Source of the DNA: Felis catus
Taxonomy: Eukaryota
Assembly: GCF_018350175.1 (NCBI RefSeq)
Contig: NC_058368.1
Span: 172,548,001-172,612,000, forward strand
DNA length: 64,000 nt
Direction: 5' to 3'
Part shown: positions 1 to 12,255 of the stretch, one piece after another
Numbering within the stretch: position 1 is the first letter of the stretch
Layout: every line of letters begins with the position of its first letter
The notes under the pieces: generated by a model
The model's input: only the letters and a program-made list of their open reading frames with translations
Database searches by the model: none
What the model was told of the DNA's origin: nothing
Translations under genes and position numbers: made by a program

Positions 1-138
1 CCTCTCCATATCTTCCCACTAAATGGAATAATGCTAAATGTACTGTTTTATAATCTGTGTATTCATGAAACAAAAAATCAGGAACATCTTTCCATGATAA
101 TATATATGTGGCACAACATATCTTTAAAGTACCTGCAT

Positions 139-370
139 GGGGGCGCTTGGGTGGCTCAGTTGATTAAGTGTCCAGCTCTTGGTTTCAGCTTAAGTCATGA
201 TCTTGCAGTTTGTGAGTACGAGTCCCACATCGGATTCTGTTCTGGCAGTGTGGTGCCTGCTTGAGATTCTCTCTCTCCCTCTCTCTGCCCGTGCCCCACT
301 CATGCTATCTCTGTCTCTCTCTCTCTCAAAAATAAATAAATAAACTTTATTAAAAAAATAAATTTTAAAT
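139..370 (+). mobile_element. Can-SINE
   Basis: ggggcgcttgggtggctcag head, (CT)n, AATAAA-rich tail. Confidence 0.9.
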
Positions 371-1121
371 TAAATACCTACCTGCCTGGTATCCATTGTA
401 TAGATATAGCATAATATGTTTTAAAAATCTATTTCATTGGTTGTTTCCATAATTTTTCTCTTATTAAAATGCTGTGATGGACATCCTTGAGTATTTGATT
501 ACTTCGTTAGGTTACAGGTAGGACTGGTAGAAATGGGATGGGCTCAAAGAAAAGTATACTTAGTAAGGACTTTCACAGCCCTAAGGAAAGGCTGAATTGA
601 TACTACTTTTACCAATATGTAAAAAAATCACACCTACACCAACACTGAGTATTCTCATATTCTAAAATATTTTCCAAAACAATAGGAAAAAGGTAGTCTC
701 TTGGTTTTCATCCATTACTGTTGACAAAAATCAAACTTCTGATAACATTTTTGGTGACTGTGGAGTAACAGCCAATTTCATACATTGTTAGTGTAAGTGC
801 AAATTGCTACAATCTCTATGGAGAAAATTTGTCAATATCTATGAAATTAAAAAATACACACTCCCCTGACCTAACAATTCTGCTTTTAGAGCATTCCTCT
901 GCTGATATATTCTCAGATATGCCAAATTACCTATGCATAAAGATTTAAATTCAGCATTATTTTCTAAAGACAAACGATAGGAAACAATTTAGATATTTGT
1001 CATTACAGGAGCGGTAAAAAGAAATTGTGGTGTCTACATAATGAAATACTATGAAACTGTTCAAAAGAGTCATGTCCCAACTTTACTGTATGCTTGGAAA
1101 TTTTTACTTTAAAAATGTTAG

Positions 1122-1558
1122 GGGAGGGATGTCTGGGTGGCTCAGTCAGTTGAGTATTCGACTTCAGCTCAGGTCATGATCTTGGGGTTCCTGATTTCGG
1201 GCCCTGTATTAGGCTCGCTGATGTCAGCGTGGAGCCTGCTTTAGATCCTCTGTCCCCTTCTCTCTGCCCCTCCCTCGCTCACACTCTCTGTCTTTCTCAA
1301 AAATAAATAAACATTTAAAAATAAATAAATAGGGGGGCCTGAGTAGCTCAGTCGGTTAAGCATCCGACTTTGGCTCAGGTCATGATCATGCAATTCATGA
1401 GTTCGAGCCCTGCGTCAGATTCTGTGCTGACAGCTGGGAGCCTGGAGCCTGCTTTGGATACTGTGTCTCCCTCTCTGCCCCTCCCCTGCTCACACTCTGT
1501 CTCTCTCTGTCTCTCAAAATGAATAAACATTAAAATTTTTTTTAAATAAATAAATAAA
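1122..1558 (+). mobile_element. Two tandem Can-SINEs (~1122-1330, ~1332-1558)
   Basis: Two head/(CT)n/A-tail units. Confidence 0.9.
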
Positions 1559-1678
1559 TGTGTTAGGAGAATAAAGAAAAGACTGCTTATATGTATTATA
1601 TGGAAATATTTTCAAAAATAACTGTTATAAGAAGAAAGAAAGGTGTAGAAAAAACAGTGTTGCAGTGTTATATAAATA

Positions 1679-1710
<32 letters not shown>

Positions 1711-1761
1711 CATATATACACACACACATATACATACAGATACAAAAATATATGTGTGTAT
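1679..1761. repeat. (TG)n(TA)n(CA)n compound microsatellite
   Basis: Seen directly. Confidence 0.9.
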
Positions 1762-2489
1762 ACCAGTGTTCCCAGACAACCACAAAGGAGGCCCCCCAAA
1801 ATGGTAATGGTAATTGTCTTTGGGGAGGAGAATGTGGTAGCTGGAGAACAGCATGGGAGGAAAAATTTACTTTTTGTTGCACATAATTTTGTATTCTAGG
1901 ATTTTTTACCATGTGCATATTCCTGTTCAATAATGAATAAGTACATAGGTAGAACTTATATCTCATTTTGATTTATATTTTATTGAACTAGAGGTTGGCT
2001 AGATTTTTATTCACCTATTGGCCATTTCTATCTCTTATCTAGTGAATTACCTTTATACACTCTTGCCTAAGATGCTTTCTAAAATCCGGTAACAGATTTT
2101 AAATCTACAAGCATTTTAGGAACATCTAGATTTCATAAAGCAGAGCTGTTTGTTACGACACTATGAGGGGCCACGCTCTCATTTAGGGAAATGCTGTTAC
2201 AGCTCATACTGTGCTTCACTAAGAAAGCAGTGATTTCCCTCAGCACCAGTACAGTAAGGCAGGTCCACTGAGGCACAAGACAGTTTCCACATATGAAAAG
2301 CTACAACCATGATGAATGTTGGAAAGAAAGAACTTTCATCTTGGGGATCGAAAGCCAATAATGATTAGTGTACACTTTTCTAGGTTTATGATGTGTATGT
2401 GTAAAATACCACACCAAAGTGAAAATAAGAAATAATCTCCCTAGTGGCACTTACGAAGGATAGTAGACTTAAAAATTACAAGATTTACC

Positions 2490-2707
2490 GGGGCGCCTGG
2501 GTGGCTCAGTCAGTTGAGTGGCCGACTTCAGCTCAGGTCATGATCTCACGCTTCATGAGTTCGAGCCCCGTGTCAGACTCTGTGCTGCCAGCTCAGCGCC
2601 TGGAGCCTGCTTTGGATTCTGTGTCTCCCTCTCTTTCTGCCCCTCCCCCGCTCATGCTCTGTCTCTGTCTCTCTCTCTGTCAAAAATAAATAAACATTAA
2701 AAAAAAA
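2490..2707 (+). mobile_element. Can-SINE
   Basis: Full head to tail, flanked by aaaaattaca-like TSD. Confidence 0.92.
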
Positions 2708-2809
2708 TTACAGAATTTACAAGGTGATTGCATGCTGCTTCTGTGGTCATTCCATCTCTCACGTATTTTTTCAGATACAGGATTTGAAACCACATGGTGG
2801 GTTGTCAGG

Positions 2810-3033
2810 TTTGTTGTTTTTTTTCCTAATTTTTTTTTTTTTTTTTGAGAGAGAGAGAGAGAAAAGGAGGGAGAGAGGGAGAGAGGACAAATGGGGGAGG
2901 GGAAGAGAGGGAGACAGAGGATCTGAAGTAGGCTCCTCACTGACAGTGAAGAACTCACTCGAATTCATGAACCATGAGATCATGACCTGAGCCAAAGTCA
3001 GACACTTAACCAACTGAATCACCCAGGGACCCC
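2810..3033 (-). mobile_element. Can-SINE
   Basis: Poly-T, (GA)n, ...cacccagggacccc; TSD accacatggtgg. Confidence 0.88.
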
Positions 3034-3279
3034 ACCACATGGTGGTTTTGTCTAGGGCCTTCCGTTTTCTTTTCTATTTGATATAGGCTTCAGGTGTGAT
3101 GTCTGTTTGCAAGTACGGTAGGGCAAACTAGAATCAAAAGAACCACATTTGAGCAGACACATGTTAACCCTTCCAAGAAGTGGGAGGCCCCGGCACAGCA
3201 GCACCTTCTCGCCCTTCTGCCAAGCTCCAGTCACGTGAAACATCATTATCAATTTAAATGTTGGTCTGGGTAAGTGAAA

Positions 3280-3410
3280 AGGGGATTTGAAATATCCATC
3301 TCGGAGGTGTATTGTGAGGTCTAAATAAAGTAATGTCCCTAAAGCTCTTGGTACTTGCCTTACACAGGGAAAGCACCCAATAAGTTGTGATGTCATCACC
3401 ATCACCACCA
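3280..3410. mobile_element. MIR fragment
   Basis: tattgtgaggtctaaataaagtaatgtccctaaagctctt...agcacccaataag resembles the MIR 3' core. Confidence 0.45.
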
Positions 3411-3739
3411 CCACCATCCTCCTCGAGCAGATGAACACAAGAATGCAGCCATTTATCAAGGTGAAGGCAGAATAGACACAGAAACCACAAAGGAATCTAC
3501 ACGCCACGGTCCTGGGACTATGAGGGTCTTTAAATAAATATTTCCCTACAAGCAGCAAACAGAGCAAAATGAACGCAGCTATTCTGCAAGTGACACCAGG
3601 CAGCACCTCATCACGGAAGTCAGCTGTATCACGTCTCCCACAGAACATCCCAGCTGGCACAACTGACCAGAGAGGGATGCACATTGTCGGAGAACTGAAC
3701 AATGAAGGTCATAAGAGTAAGCGACTAACCGAAATGAAG

Positions 3740-4002
3740 CCACTGGGAAGCCGTTTGGCATTTCCCCAAAACGTCAAACACAGAATTACCACGTGAGCCA
3801 GCAATTCCACCCTAGGTGTATGTCCACGAGAACTGAAAACATACCTGCTAAGAGGTATGGGGATTCTTTTGGAGGTGATGGAAATAAATGTTCCAGAATT
3901 AGATAGCGGTGATAGGTGCACAAAAGAGTGAATATATTAAAAACCACTGAATTGTACACTTTAAAATAGTAAATTGTATATTATATGAATTATATCTCAA
4001 TT
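3740..4002 (+). mobile_element. Old L1M 3' fragments
   Basis: cagcaattccaccctaggtgtat... and ccactgaattgtacactttaaaatagtaaattgtatattatatgaattatatctcaat. Confidence 0.7.
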
Positions 4003-4074
4003 GGGGAAAAGTGGGGAAAAGTCGTGGATTGTGCCACAGGCTACCCATATTTAAGATTCAAAGAATGATTTCAT

Positions 4075-4272
4075 GGGCTCAGTCCATTAAGCATCTGATT
4101 CTTGGTTTCGGCTGAGGTCAGGATCTCACAGTTCATGAGTTCAAGCCCCGAATCCAGCTCTGCGCTGATGGCGTGGAGCCTGCTTCGGATTCTGTCTCTC
4201 CTTTTCTCTGTCCCTCCCTGGCTTGTGTGCTCTCTCTCTCTCAAAATAAATAAATAAACTTAAAATAAATAA
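4075..4272 (+). mobile_element. Can-SINE
   Basis: TSD gaatgatttcatg on both sides. Confidence 0.88.
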
Positions 4273-4534
4273 AGGAATGATTTCATGTTGTCCATGAAAG
4301 GGAAGAAAGCAGAGGAAACAACACCACCAAAACCAAGTTAAACACAAACTAGTAACAGTGAAAAGAAAGGAAAAAAGTCATCTGATTGGACTACTTGTAA
4401 AATCTCTGTTTTATTAAGATTATACCCAACAACCCTGGAAAACATTTTTGCCTCATCTCCTGAGCAACTTTATGAAGTCTTTCAGTTCATTTCAAGGGCT
4501 AACACTTCTCTGTAAAGCAAATTTAAAAAAAAAA

Positions 4535-4745
4535 ATTTTTTTAACGTTTATTTATTTTTGAGACAGAGAGAGACAGAGCATGAACAGGGGAGGGGCAGAG
4601 AGAGAGGGAGACACAGAATCCGAAACAGGCTTCAGGCTCTGAGCTGTCAGCACAGAGCCTGACGCGGGGCTCGAACTCACGGACCGCGAGATCGTGACCT
4701 GAGCCGAAGTCAGACGCTTAACCTACTGAGCCACCCTGGCGCCCC
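4535..4745 (-). mobile_element. Can-SINE (young, CpG-retaining)
   Basis: TSD ctctgt(a/g)aagcaaattt. Confidence 0.93.
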
Positions 4746-5728
4746 TCTGTGAAGCAAATTTTAATATATAAACTGGACAGCAATTCTTCCTCCACCAAAG
4801 ACAGGACACTACAGGGTCCCCAAACCAGAGTTTGGAACAAAAACAAAGAATGAGTGTGATGTGAGGCCTAGAGGTGCACCTTCCACTGCACACTAATATT
4901 CCTGTGACTCTGAAGAGGAATGTTTTATTTTTTAAATATAAGCAGTTTTTTCATGGCAATGATACCCATGGGGGACAGTAGCCTACTATTTTCTATTTTT
5001 ACCTCCTATGTCGAGGTTTTCTCCCTCCACTGTCTTTCCAGACATATATCAGTCAGATCTTTTTGTTCTTTGGGAATCCACCTAAAGTTAAAGCACCATC
5101 TAAGCACTAGAGTTAAATCTAACACATTTTAAGTCTCCTGAAAATAATTACTGACTTTCCATTATAAGTCAGTAACCTGAACTTCCAAAGATCTACAATT
5201 AGTAGAAATTTTGTAAAAGAATTTTAAATATGATTTTTTTTTACTCCCGGGTTTTTCTGGAATAATTATTTCAACAAACTGCCCTTGAGCTACTGCTCAG
5301 GGCAAACACAACTCTTTAATTTCACAACAGTAGTAACTGGTCAGAGAAAGAGCATGTCATACAGGTCGATCATCTCTTATTCAAACATATTAAAGGTTTC
5401 CTGCGCAGTATTATTCCAACTTGGTATCAATAATTTTTAATTTCCATCTCTTAATTATAGAAGCTTTAGCTTTTTCAAGCTTACATATACAAGATCCTTT
5501 GGCTCAGCTTGGTCATACCCTTCATAATACATTGCTAGAAGGGCCCAGATTTTTTTTTTCTGTGACTCAGTTCTATCTTCATTTCATTTCCTTCTTTATT
5601 TCTGCCTAATAAAATCCAGGTAGCTAATACATACCTTTGGGTCTTTGGTTCTAACTACTCTCTCCTTCCCCATTGCCTCTGTCAGTTAATCTCTGTTTTC
5701 ACTCAGTTCCTCACAAATTTTCAGGCTA

Positions 5729-6123
5729 CAGGGGTGTGCTGGTGAATGTTTCACAATGGGCTCTCTGGGGAGAAGAAGCCCAGATTTGAAGCATTTGCTG
5801 ATTTCCATAGTATAAATACCTCTGCCACTGCTGATTTTAAACCATCACTGTCATATCACCGAATGTGAATTTGGAAGAGAGGCACGCAATAACACACCAA
5901 GATCCAAGAGACACAAATAACCTCAAGAACATGGGTATAGTCACTAGGAAGTGACACGTTTTGAGTATTCATTACCTATGCTGTTAATATAATATATTTG
6001 ATTGCAAGTTTATGTGATTTAGTTTTTAACCGTGCTTATGTTTAACGATGGCCTGACAAAATTCCTAAAAATTTTGCAGTTGGTTTTTGTTAGCCAGTAT
6101 GAGCCAGCTCCAGCACACCACCG
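5729..6123. mobile_element. hAT DNA transposon relic, MER63-like
   Basis: Terminal inverted repeats caggggtgtgctgg ... ccagcacaccaccg; internal sequence resembles MER63 (recall). Confidence 0.65.
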
Positions 6124-6469
6124 ATCCTGGGATATTTTAAAAACCTATACGTTATATCAGTATGTTGTGGCATGGTTGGGCACAGCCAGGCTTGTTGGAG
6201 AGGCCTGTGTCACCTGAGGAGCATTGGGGTCCAGGCCTAGATGAGCCCAGTGGGGATACATAAGGATGGAAGAGACAGACTGAGCCAGAAGAAATCTGAG
6301 AGGTCACTGTAGACAAGTAGGTATCAGTGGGTCCTATACAAAATAAGGAGGATGACAGAGACTTCTAGCTAAATATGGTGGATTTAATATGCTTATTTAT
6401 TTCGTTTCTTTTCGATCCTTCCTGAAGCCATCCTAAACAGATAAAGGAATTTTAAAAAGCATAAAACTA

Positions 6470-7095
6470 CAGTTGATCCTCATTACCTACACATTCTATG
6501 TCTGTGAAATTACCTATTCTCTAAAACTCATTTCTATTCCAAAATCAATACTGACAGTGTTTCCACAGTCATTGTGGACATGCTCAAAGCGGTGAAAAAT
6601 TTGAGACTCCTGATGCTCCTGTTCCTGAGGTTGAACGTGGCCACCCTCTAACTTCTTGTTTCAGCTCTCACACTGTAAACAAACATCCTTTTCATAGTCT
6701 ATTTAGTGGCATATTTTTTGTATTTTTGTGCTTTTTGCTGGTGATTTTGCTGTTAAAATTGTTCCCTGAGCACGGTGCAGAAGCAGTCTAGTGTTCCTGA
6801 GCGCAAGAAAGCTGTGATGCACCTTATGGAGAAAATGTATGTGCTGGATAAGCTTCACTCAGGCATGAGCTCCAGTACTGTGGGCCATGCCTTTGATATT
6901 AATGAATCAATAATGTGTTTTACATAAGGTTTCTTGAAAGAAATACACATAATAACAGGTTATGTATTGATTAGTTGATGAGGCTTGCAGGTACCTAACC
7001 CTGCATTTCCTTGGAGCAATGGTTCAGTGTTAATTAATTAGTATTTGAAGCAACTTCATAGAACATAATTATTGCAAATAATGACAGCTATTCTA
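6470..7095. mobile_element. TcMar-Tigger relic (MER82-like)
   Basis: ta|cagttgatcctcatta... start, degenerate ...gcaaataatgacagcta end, CENP-B-like agaaagctgtgatgcaccttatggagaaaatgtatgtgctggataagcttcac. Confidence 0.6.
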
Positions 7096-7660
7096 TAATG
7101 GCAAGAACAGAAGGGAAGATCAGAACGAAATTTCAGAAGCTGCAAAGCATACAAATGAGTAGATTTAGCACAGCAGAGAAAGAGTGAAGCAACACCTTGG
7201 ACCGGCTCAAAAACTAGGGAGCCAGAGAGTACACATTCAGCTCAAAACGGTGGATTAGTTGAAAGTGTGTGTAAGGAGTCATTGGATCCCCATTTCCCTT
7301 CCCCAACCCAGCACAGTCAAGTCTTCCCAACCCAGGAAGAAAACCAGAGGTTTATCCTCTACAGTAGTTGATTCCAAATTGATTCTCGATTCTGGGCCTG
7401 AAATTAGGGAGTTAAGGGAAAGCCCACATGTTGAATGATAAAACCATTGGCTCCTTTTCCCCCACTCAGCTCTGAGAACCCTTGCTACTAGCTTTATAAC
7501 ATCCAGGCAGGAGACTGAAGGATGTCTCTCTAGAGATACTACCTGGGCCAAAGGAAAATACCTGTATATATTGGGCAGGGGAGGTATGGATCACCGAATG
7601 AAACAGCCCTCTAAGATCATCCTATAGTGAAGCCCATTGACCAAACAGTCCTCCTCACCT

Positions 7661-7663
<3 letters not shown>

Positions 7664-7698
<35 letters not shown>
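7664..7698. repeat. (CA)n microsatellite
   Basis: Seen directly. Confidence 0.95.
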
Positions 7699-7700
<2 letters not shown>

Positions 7701-7887
7701 CCATACCTTCTAATTAGTTTTGTTGTGCCTTACTCTTAAATATGAAGAGATATATAATAACAACTACATATTTGAAAAGAGTATCTAACATAAAAGGGAG
7801 AGACAAAAACAAATAACAAAAAAGGGAAAAATAACTCAGATGAAACAGAGAAAAAATGCTGGAACATAAGAAAACAAAATTTCCTAA

Positions 7888-8088
7888 TTTTTTTTTAAGT
7901 TTATTTCTTTATTTTGAGGGGTTGGGGGAGGGGAGAGGGACAGAGAAAGGGAAAGGCAGAATCCCAAGCAGACTTTGTGCTGTCAGAGCAAAGCCAGACC
8001 GTGGGGCTCAATCTCACAAACCACAAGATCATAATCTGAGCTGAGACCAAGAGTCAGACGTTTAATTGACTTAGCCACCTAGAGGCCT
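7888..8088 (-). mobile_element. Can-SINE (older)
   Basis: T-tail, ...ttagccacctagaggcctc head. Confidence 0.8.
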
Positions 8089-8170
8089 CAAGAAAATTTC
8101 TACAAAATTACCATGGGTACCCACAGAGAGTTAAACAATGGTATAATATTCATGGAACAAGAACAGGAAA

Positions 8171-8276
8171 TTTTTTTAATGTATTGATAAATGTCTTTTT
8201 TTTTTAATATGAAATTTATTGTCAAATTGGTTTCCATACAACACCCAGTGCTCATCCCAACAGGTGCTCTCCTCAA
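8171..8276 (-). mobile_element. Extremely 5'-truncated felid L1 3' tip
   Basis: Near-identical to the 3' end of the L1 at 38603-39037; TSD aacaggaaa(a)ttttt. Confidence 0.8.
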
Positions 8277-8306
8277 AACAGGAAAATTTTTAAAAGAACA
8301 CTCAGA

Positions 8307-8518
8307 GGGGCGCCTGGGTGGCTCAGTCGGATGGGCATCCGACTTCAGCTCAGGCCAAGATCTCATGGGGGGTGGTTCAAGCCCCGTGTTGGGCTCAGTG
8401 CTGACGGCTCAGACCCAGGAGCCTGCTTTGGATTCTGTCTCCCTCTGTCTCTGCCCCTCCCCCACTCATGTTCTGTCTCTCTCTCTCTCTGTGTCAAAAA
8501 TAAACATTAAAAAAAAAA
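8307..8518 (+). mobile_element. Can-SINE
   Basis: Perfect TSD aaaagaacactcagag. Confidence 0.93.
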
Positions 8519-8852
8519 GAACACTCAGAGACTAACAACATAAAAAACCTTGGGAAATTAAAAGCAGAAATTAAATTTCAATTAAAAAATTAAAAGGTAA
8601 AGTTGAGTAAATCTCCCAGAAAATAGAATAGCAACATTAACAGTAAAAAGAAGTAGAGAATATGAGAGATAAAGTAAAATTATGAGGAGATATTTAATAT
8701 CCAAATTATAGGAGTTCCCAAAATATGACAGAAAAGATGGGTGGGAGGAAACTATCATTGATATACATTTTTTTAAAATTTCCTAGAACTTAAGGTTATC
8801 TGTTTCCATAGGAGAGGGTCCTTCATGGTACCAACATAACAGATTTTAAAAA

Positions 8853-10260
8853 AATGGTACAAGAACAGATATTCAGATCAATGGAACAGAATAGAGAACC
8901 CAGAAATAGACCCACAAACGTATGGCCAACTAATCTTTGACAAATCAGGAAAGAATATCCAATGAAATAAAGACAGTCTCTTCAGCAAGTGGTGCTGGGA
9001 AAACTGGACAGCGACATGCAGAAGAATGAACCTGGACCACTTTCTTACACCATACACAAAAATAAACTCAAAAATGGATGAAAGACCGCAATGCAAGACA
9101 GGAAGCTATCAAAATCCTTGAGGAGAAAGCAGGCAAAAACCTCTTTGATCTTGCCCGTAGCAACTTCTTACTCACCACGTCTCCAGAGGCAAAGGAAACA
9201 AAAGCAAAAATGAACTACTGGGACCTCATCAAAATAAAAACTTCTGCACAGTGAAGGAAACAATCAGCAAAGCTAAAAGCAACTGACAGAATGAGAGAAG
9301 ATATTTGCAAATGACATATCAGATAAAGGGTTAGCATCCAAAATTTATAAAGAACTTATCAAACTCAACACCCAAAAAACAAACAATCCAGTGAAGAAAT
9401 GGGCAAAAGACATGAATAGACACTTCTCCATGGAAAACATCCAGATGGCCAACCGACACATGAAAAAATGCTCAACATCACTCATCATCAGGGAAATACA
9501 AATCAAAACCACAATGAGATACCACCTTACACCTGTCAGAATGGCTAACATGAACAATTCAGGCAACAACAGATGTTGGTGAGGATGCGGAGAAAGAGGA
9601 TCTCTTTTGCATTGTTGGTGGCAATGCAAGCCGGTGCAGCCATTCTGGAAAACAGTATGGAGGCTCCTCAATAGAACTAAAAATAGAACTACCCTATGAC
9701 CCAGCAATTGCACTACTAGGTATTTATCCACAGGATACAGGTGTGCTGTTTTGAAGGGACACATGCACCCCCATGTTTATAGCAGCACTATCAACAACAG
9801 CCAAAGTACGGAAAGAGCCCCAATGTCCATTGATGGATGAATGGATAAAGAAAATGTGGTATATATATATATATACAATGGAGCATTACTCGGCAATCAA
9901 AAAGAATGAAATCTTGCCATTTGCAACTATGTGGATGGAACTGGAGGGTATTATGCTAAGGGAAATTAGTCAGTCAGAGAAAGACAAAAATCATATGACT
10001 TCACTCATATGAGGACTTTAAGAGACAAAACAGATGAACATAAGGGAAGGGAAACAAAAATAATATACAAACAGGGAGGGGGACAAAACAGAAGAAACTC
10101 ATAAATATGGAGAACAAACTGAGGATTGCTGGAGGGGTTGTGGGAGGGGGGATGAGCTTAATGGGTAAGGGGCACTAAGGAATCTACTCCTGAAATCATT
10201 GTTGCACTATATGCCAACTAATTTGGATGTAAATTTAAAAAAATAAAAAATAAAATTTTA
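8853..10260 (+). mobile_element. 5'-truncated carnivore/felid L1 (ORF2 C-terminus + 3' UTR + A-tail), disrupted frame
   Basis: [42 protein letters not shown]...[24 protein letters not shown]...DEWIKKMWYIY. Confidence 0.95.
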
Positions 10261-11026
10261 AAAATCATAAAAGAAAGACCTACACCTATACAAGACATAT
10301 CAACATGAAATTTCAGAACACAGGCAAAGAGGAGTCTAAAAGCTTGCAGGAAAGAAAAAGAGAAACAACAACAGGTCTCATGCAAGAGATTGAGAATCGT
10401 AATAGCACTTACTTTTTCACTAGCAGTTCTGGGTACTGAAAGATACTGGGACAATCATTTCAAAATCCCTAGAGAAAAATACTTTCCAGCTTCAAATTCT
10501 ATGCCCAAACTATCAATAAAATGCAAAGGCAGAACTAAGATGTTTCTCAAAACACTGAGCTGTCATGGATGCTTTCTCAGGAAGCTACTAGAGGAAGGAT
10601 ACACCAAAAACAGGCTTTCACAAGAAAGACAGAAACATGGTATATGGCTTTGGTTGCACAGAAGCGATGACCAAGTAAAAGCGGCATAAGCAAGACAGTT
10701 GATTCTCCTCTTATGTAACAAGAAATCTGAATACTGACCTAACCAAAATTTATGATTAGGAGAACAGGCAAAGTGGAAGTGGGTGTGTATTTGGAGAGGG
10801 CACCAGATTCACATATTCCTTGTAGAAAATCAGTACATAATATCTAAAATTGAAGTAAATAGCAATATAACAATGGAAGAAAAGCAATATAAACAAATCA
10901 TAATTACAGAGGGAAATGAGAAGAAACAGCTAAAAGTGTTAAATTGTTAAACAGAAAGGAACTAGAAGTAGGAAGGAGTGGACAAAACAGTGCTGTTTCT
11001 CATTATGAATGTTGAATATCTATCTG

Positions 11027-11243
11027 ATTTTTTCTTTTTTCTTTTTCTTTTTTAAAAGTGTTTATTTATTTTTAGAAAGAGAGAGTGAGCACGAGTGGAG
11101 GAGGGGCGGAGAGAGAGGCAGAGACAGAATCCCATACTGTTGTCACAGAGTCTGACCCAGGGCTCAATCTCATGAACCGAAATCATGACCTGAGCTGAAA
11201 TCAAGAGTCAGATGTTTAACCGACCAAGCCACCCAGGTGCCCC
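11027..11243 (-). mobile_element. Can-SINE
   Basis: TSD gaat(a/g)tctatctga. Confidence 0.88.
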
Positions 11244-11307
11244 GAATGTCTATCTGACTTTTTAAACCATGATAACTTCGATCAAATATGTGTATATGCA
11301 TACATGT

Positions 11308-11332
11308 GTGGTGGTGGTGGTGGTGGTGGTGG
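11308..11332. repeat. (GGT)n microsatellite
   Basis: Seen directly. Confidence 0.9.
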
Positions 11333-12111
11333 ACTGGTAGGTGGAGGCCAAACCAGGGATGTGGTATCATGGGAGCCTGGAAATGTTCTGAAGCCTGAGG
11401 CATCATTAAGTGAGTTTGTCAGCAGGGGCAGATCCCTAGCCATTAGGCAGAAGCTCAAAGATAGAATATCTCTCCCTAGAGGGAAACAAGTGAGATCTAG
11501 GCAGGCCAGGTCCTCCAGTGAGAGGACTGAGAGTTGCTGGGTTTTCAAGGCAGCGAGTCAGGCCCAGGAAACAAGGTAATGTGGGGACTTGGGTATCAGA
11601 ACTGGGATACCACATTGGAGCCTGTTTGGCAGCCAACGTGAGCAGATGCTGAGGCCCAGAGTACTCGGGGCTCACTCTTTATCTCCATCTTGCCTGAGCT
11701 CAGAACTGGGATCAGGCTGAGTGGAAGATGAGAGCAACAAAGGAAGCAAAACTAGAAACCTGTGTGGCCTGACAAATACAAAGTCAACAACAGCTACTAG
11801 ATCTGAGAGCTACAGATCATTGTCTTCCTTTAAAATGTCTGTTATTCCCCAACTGGGTGCCATACAAAGCACCCCCAAAACCTAACCTCAGGACTAGTTA
11901 AATTGTGCTTCATCCATACAATGAAATGGTATGCAGCCAATGAAACAAAGGTTAAAATTTCCAGGCTAAGCTTTTCTTTCTTGATATAGGTGCCACCATG
12001 TCCTATTCCTCTTTCTATCCTCTTGATGCCTGCAATATGGTACCTGAAAATGGGCAGGGAATCTTGCAACCCTGCAGCAACAAGCATTCTGAGGATGGCA
12101 AGCAGACAGAT

Positions 12112-12255
12112 TAGGTAGGTAGGTAGATAGGTAGGTAGGTAGGTAGGTAGGTAGGTAGGTAGGTAGGTAGATAGATAAGAAAAGGAAGGAAGGAAGGAAG
12201 GAAGGAAGGAAGGAAGGAAGGAAGGAAGGAAGGAAGGAAGGAAGGAAGGAAGGGA
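12112..12255. repeat. (TAGG)n-(GGAA)n compound tetranucleotide STR
   Basis: Seen directly. Confidence 0.95.

Larger units (their letters stand above)
740..1935 (+). mobile_element. Old L1 (L1M/L1ME-like) 3' fragment interrupted by two SINEs and a microsatellite
   Basis: tcatacattgttagtgtaagtgcaaattgctacaatc...gacctaacaattctgcttttag resembles the degenerate L1 ORF2 end/3' UTR. Confidence 0.55.
6355..11026 (+). mobile_element. Ancient HAL1/L1M-type element (5' region + ORF1 relic), heavily interrupted
   Basis: Start gacttctagctaaatatggtgg; ORF1-like segments at ~8550-8830 and ~10270-10560 (gaaatttcagaacac..., WDNHFKIPREKYF...KLSIKCKG). Confidence 0.55.

Noticed and set aside
3052..3702. 216-aa minus-strand ORF
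   Set aside because: Crosses a MIR fragment and a (CAC)n tract; no recognisable protein similarity.
8853..10260. L1 ORF2 as a functional CDS
   Set aside because: 5'-truncated with stops and frameshifts.
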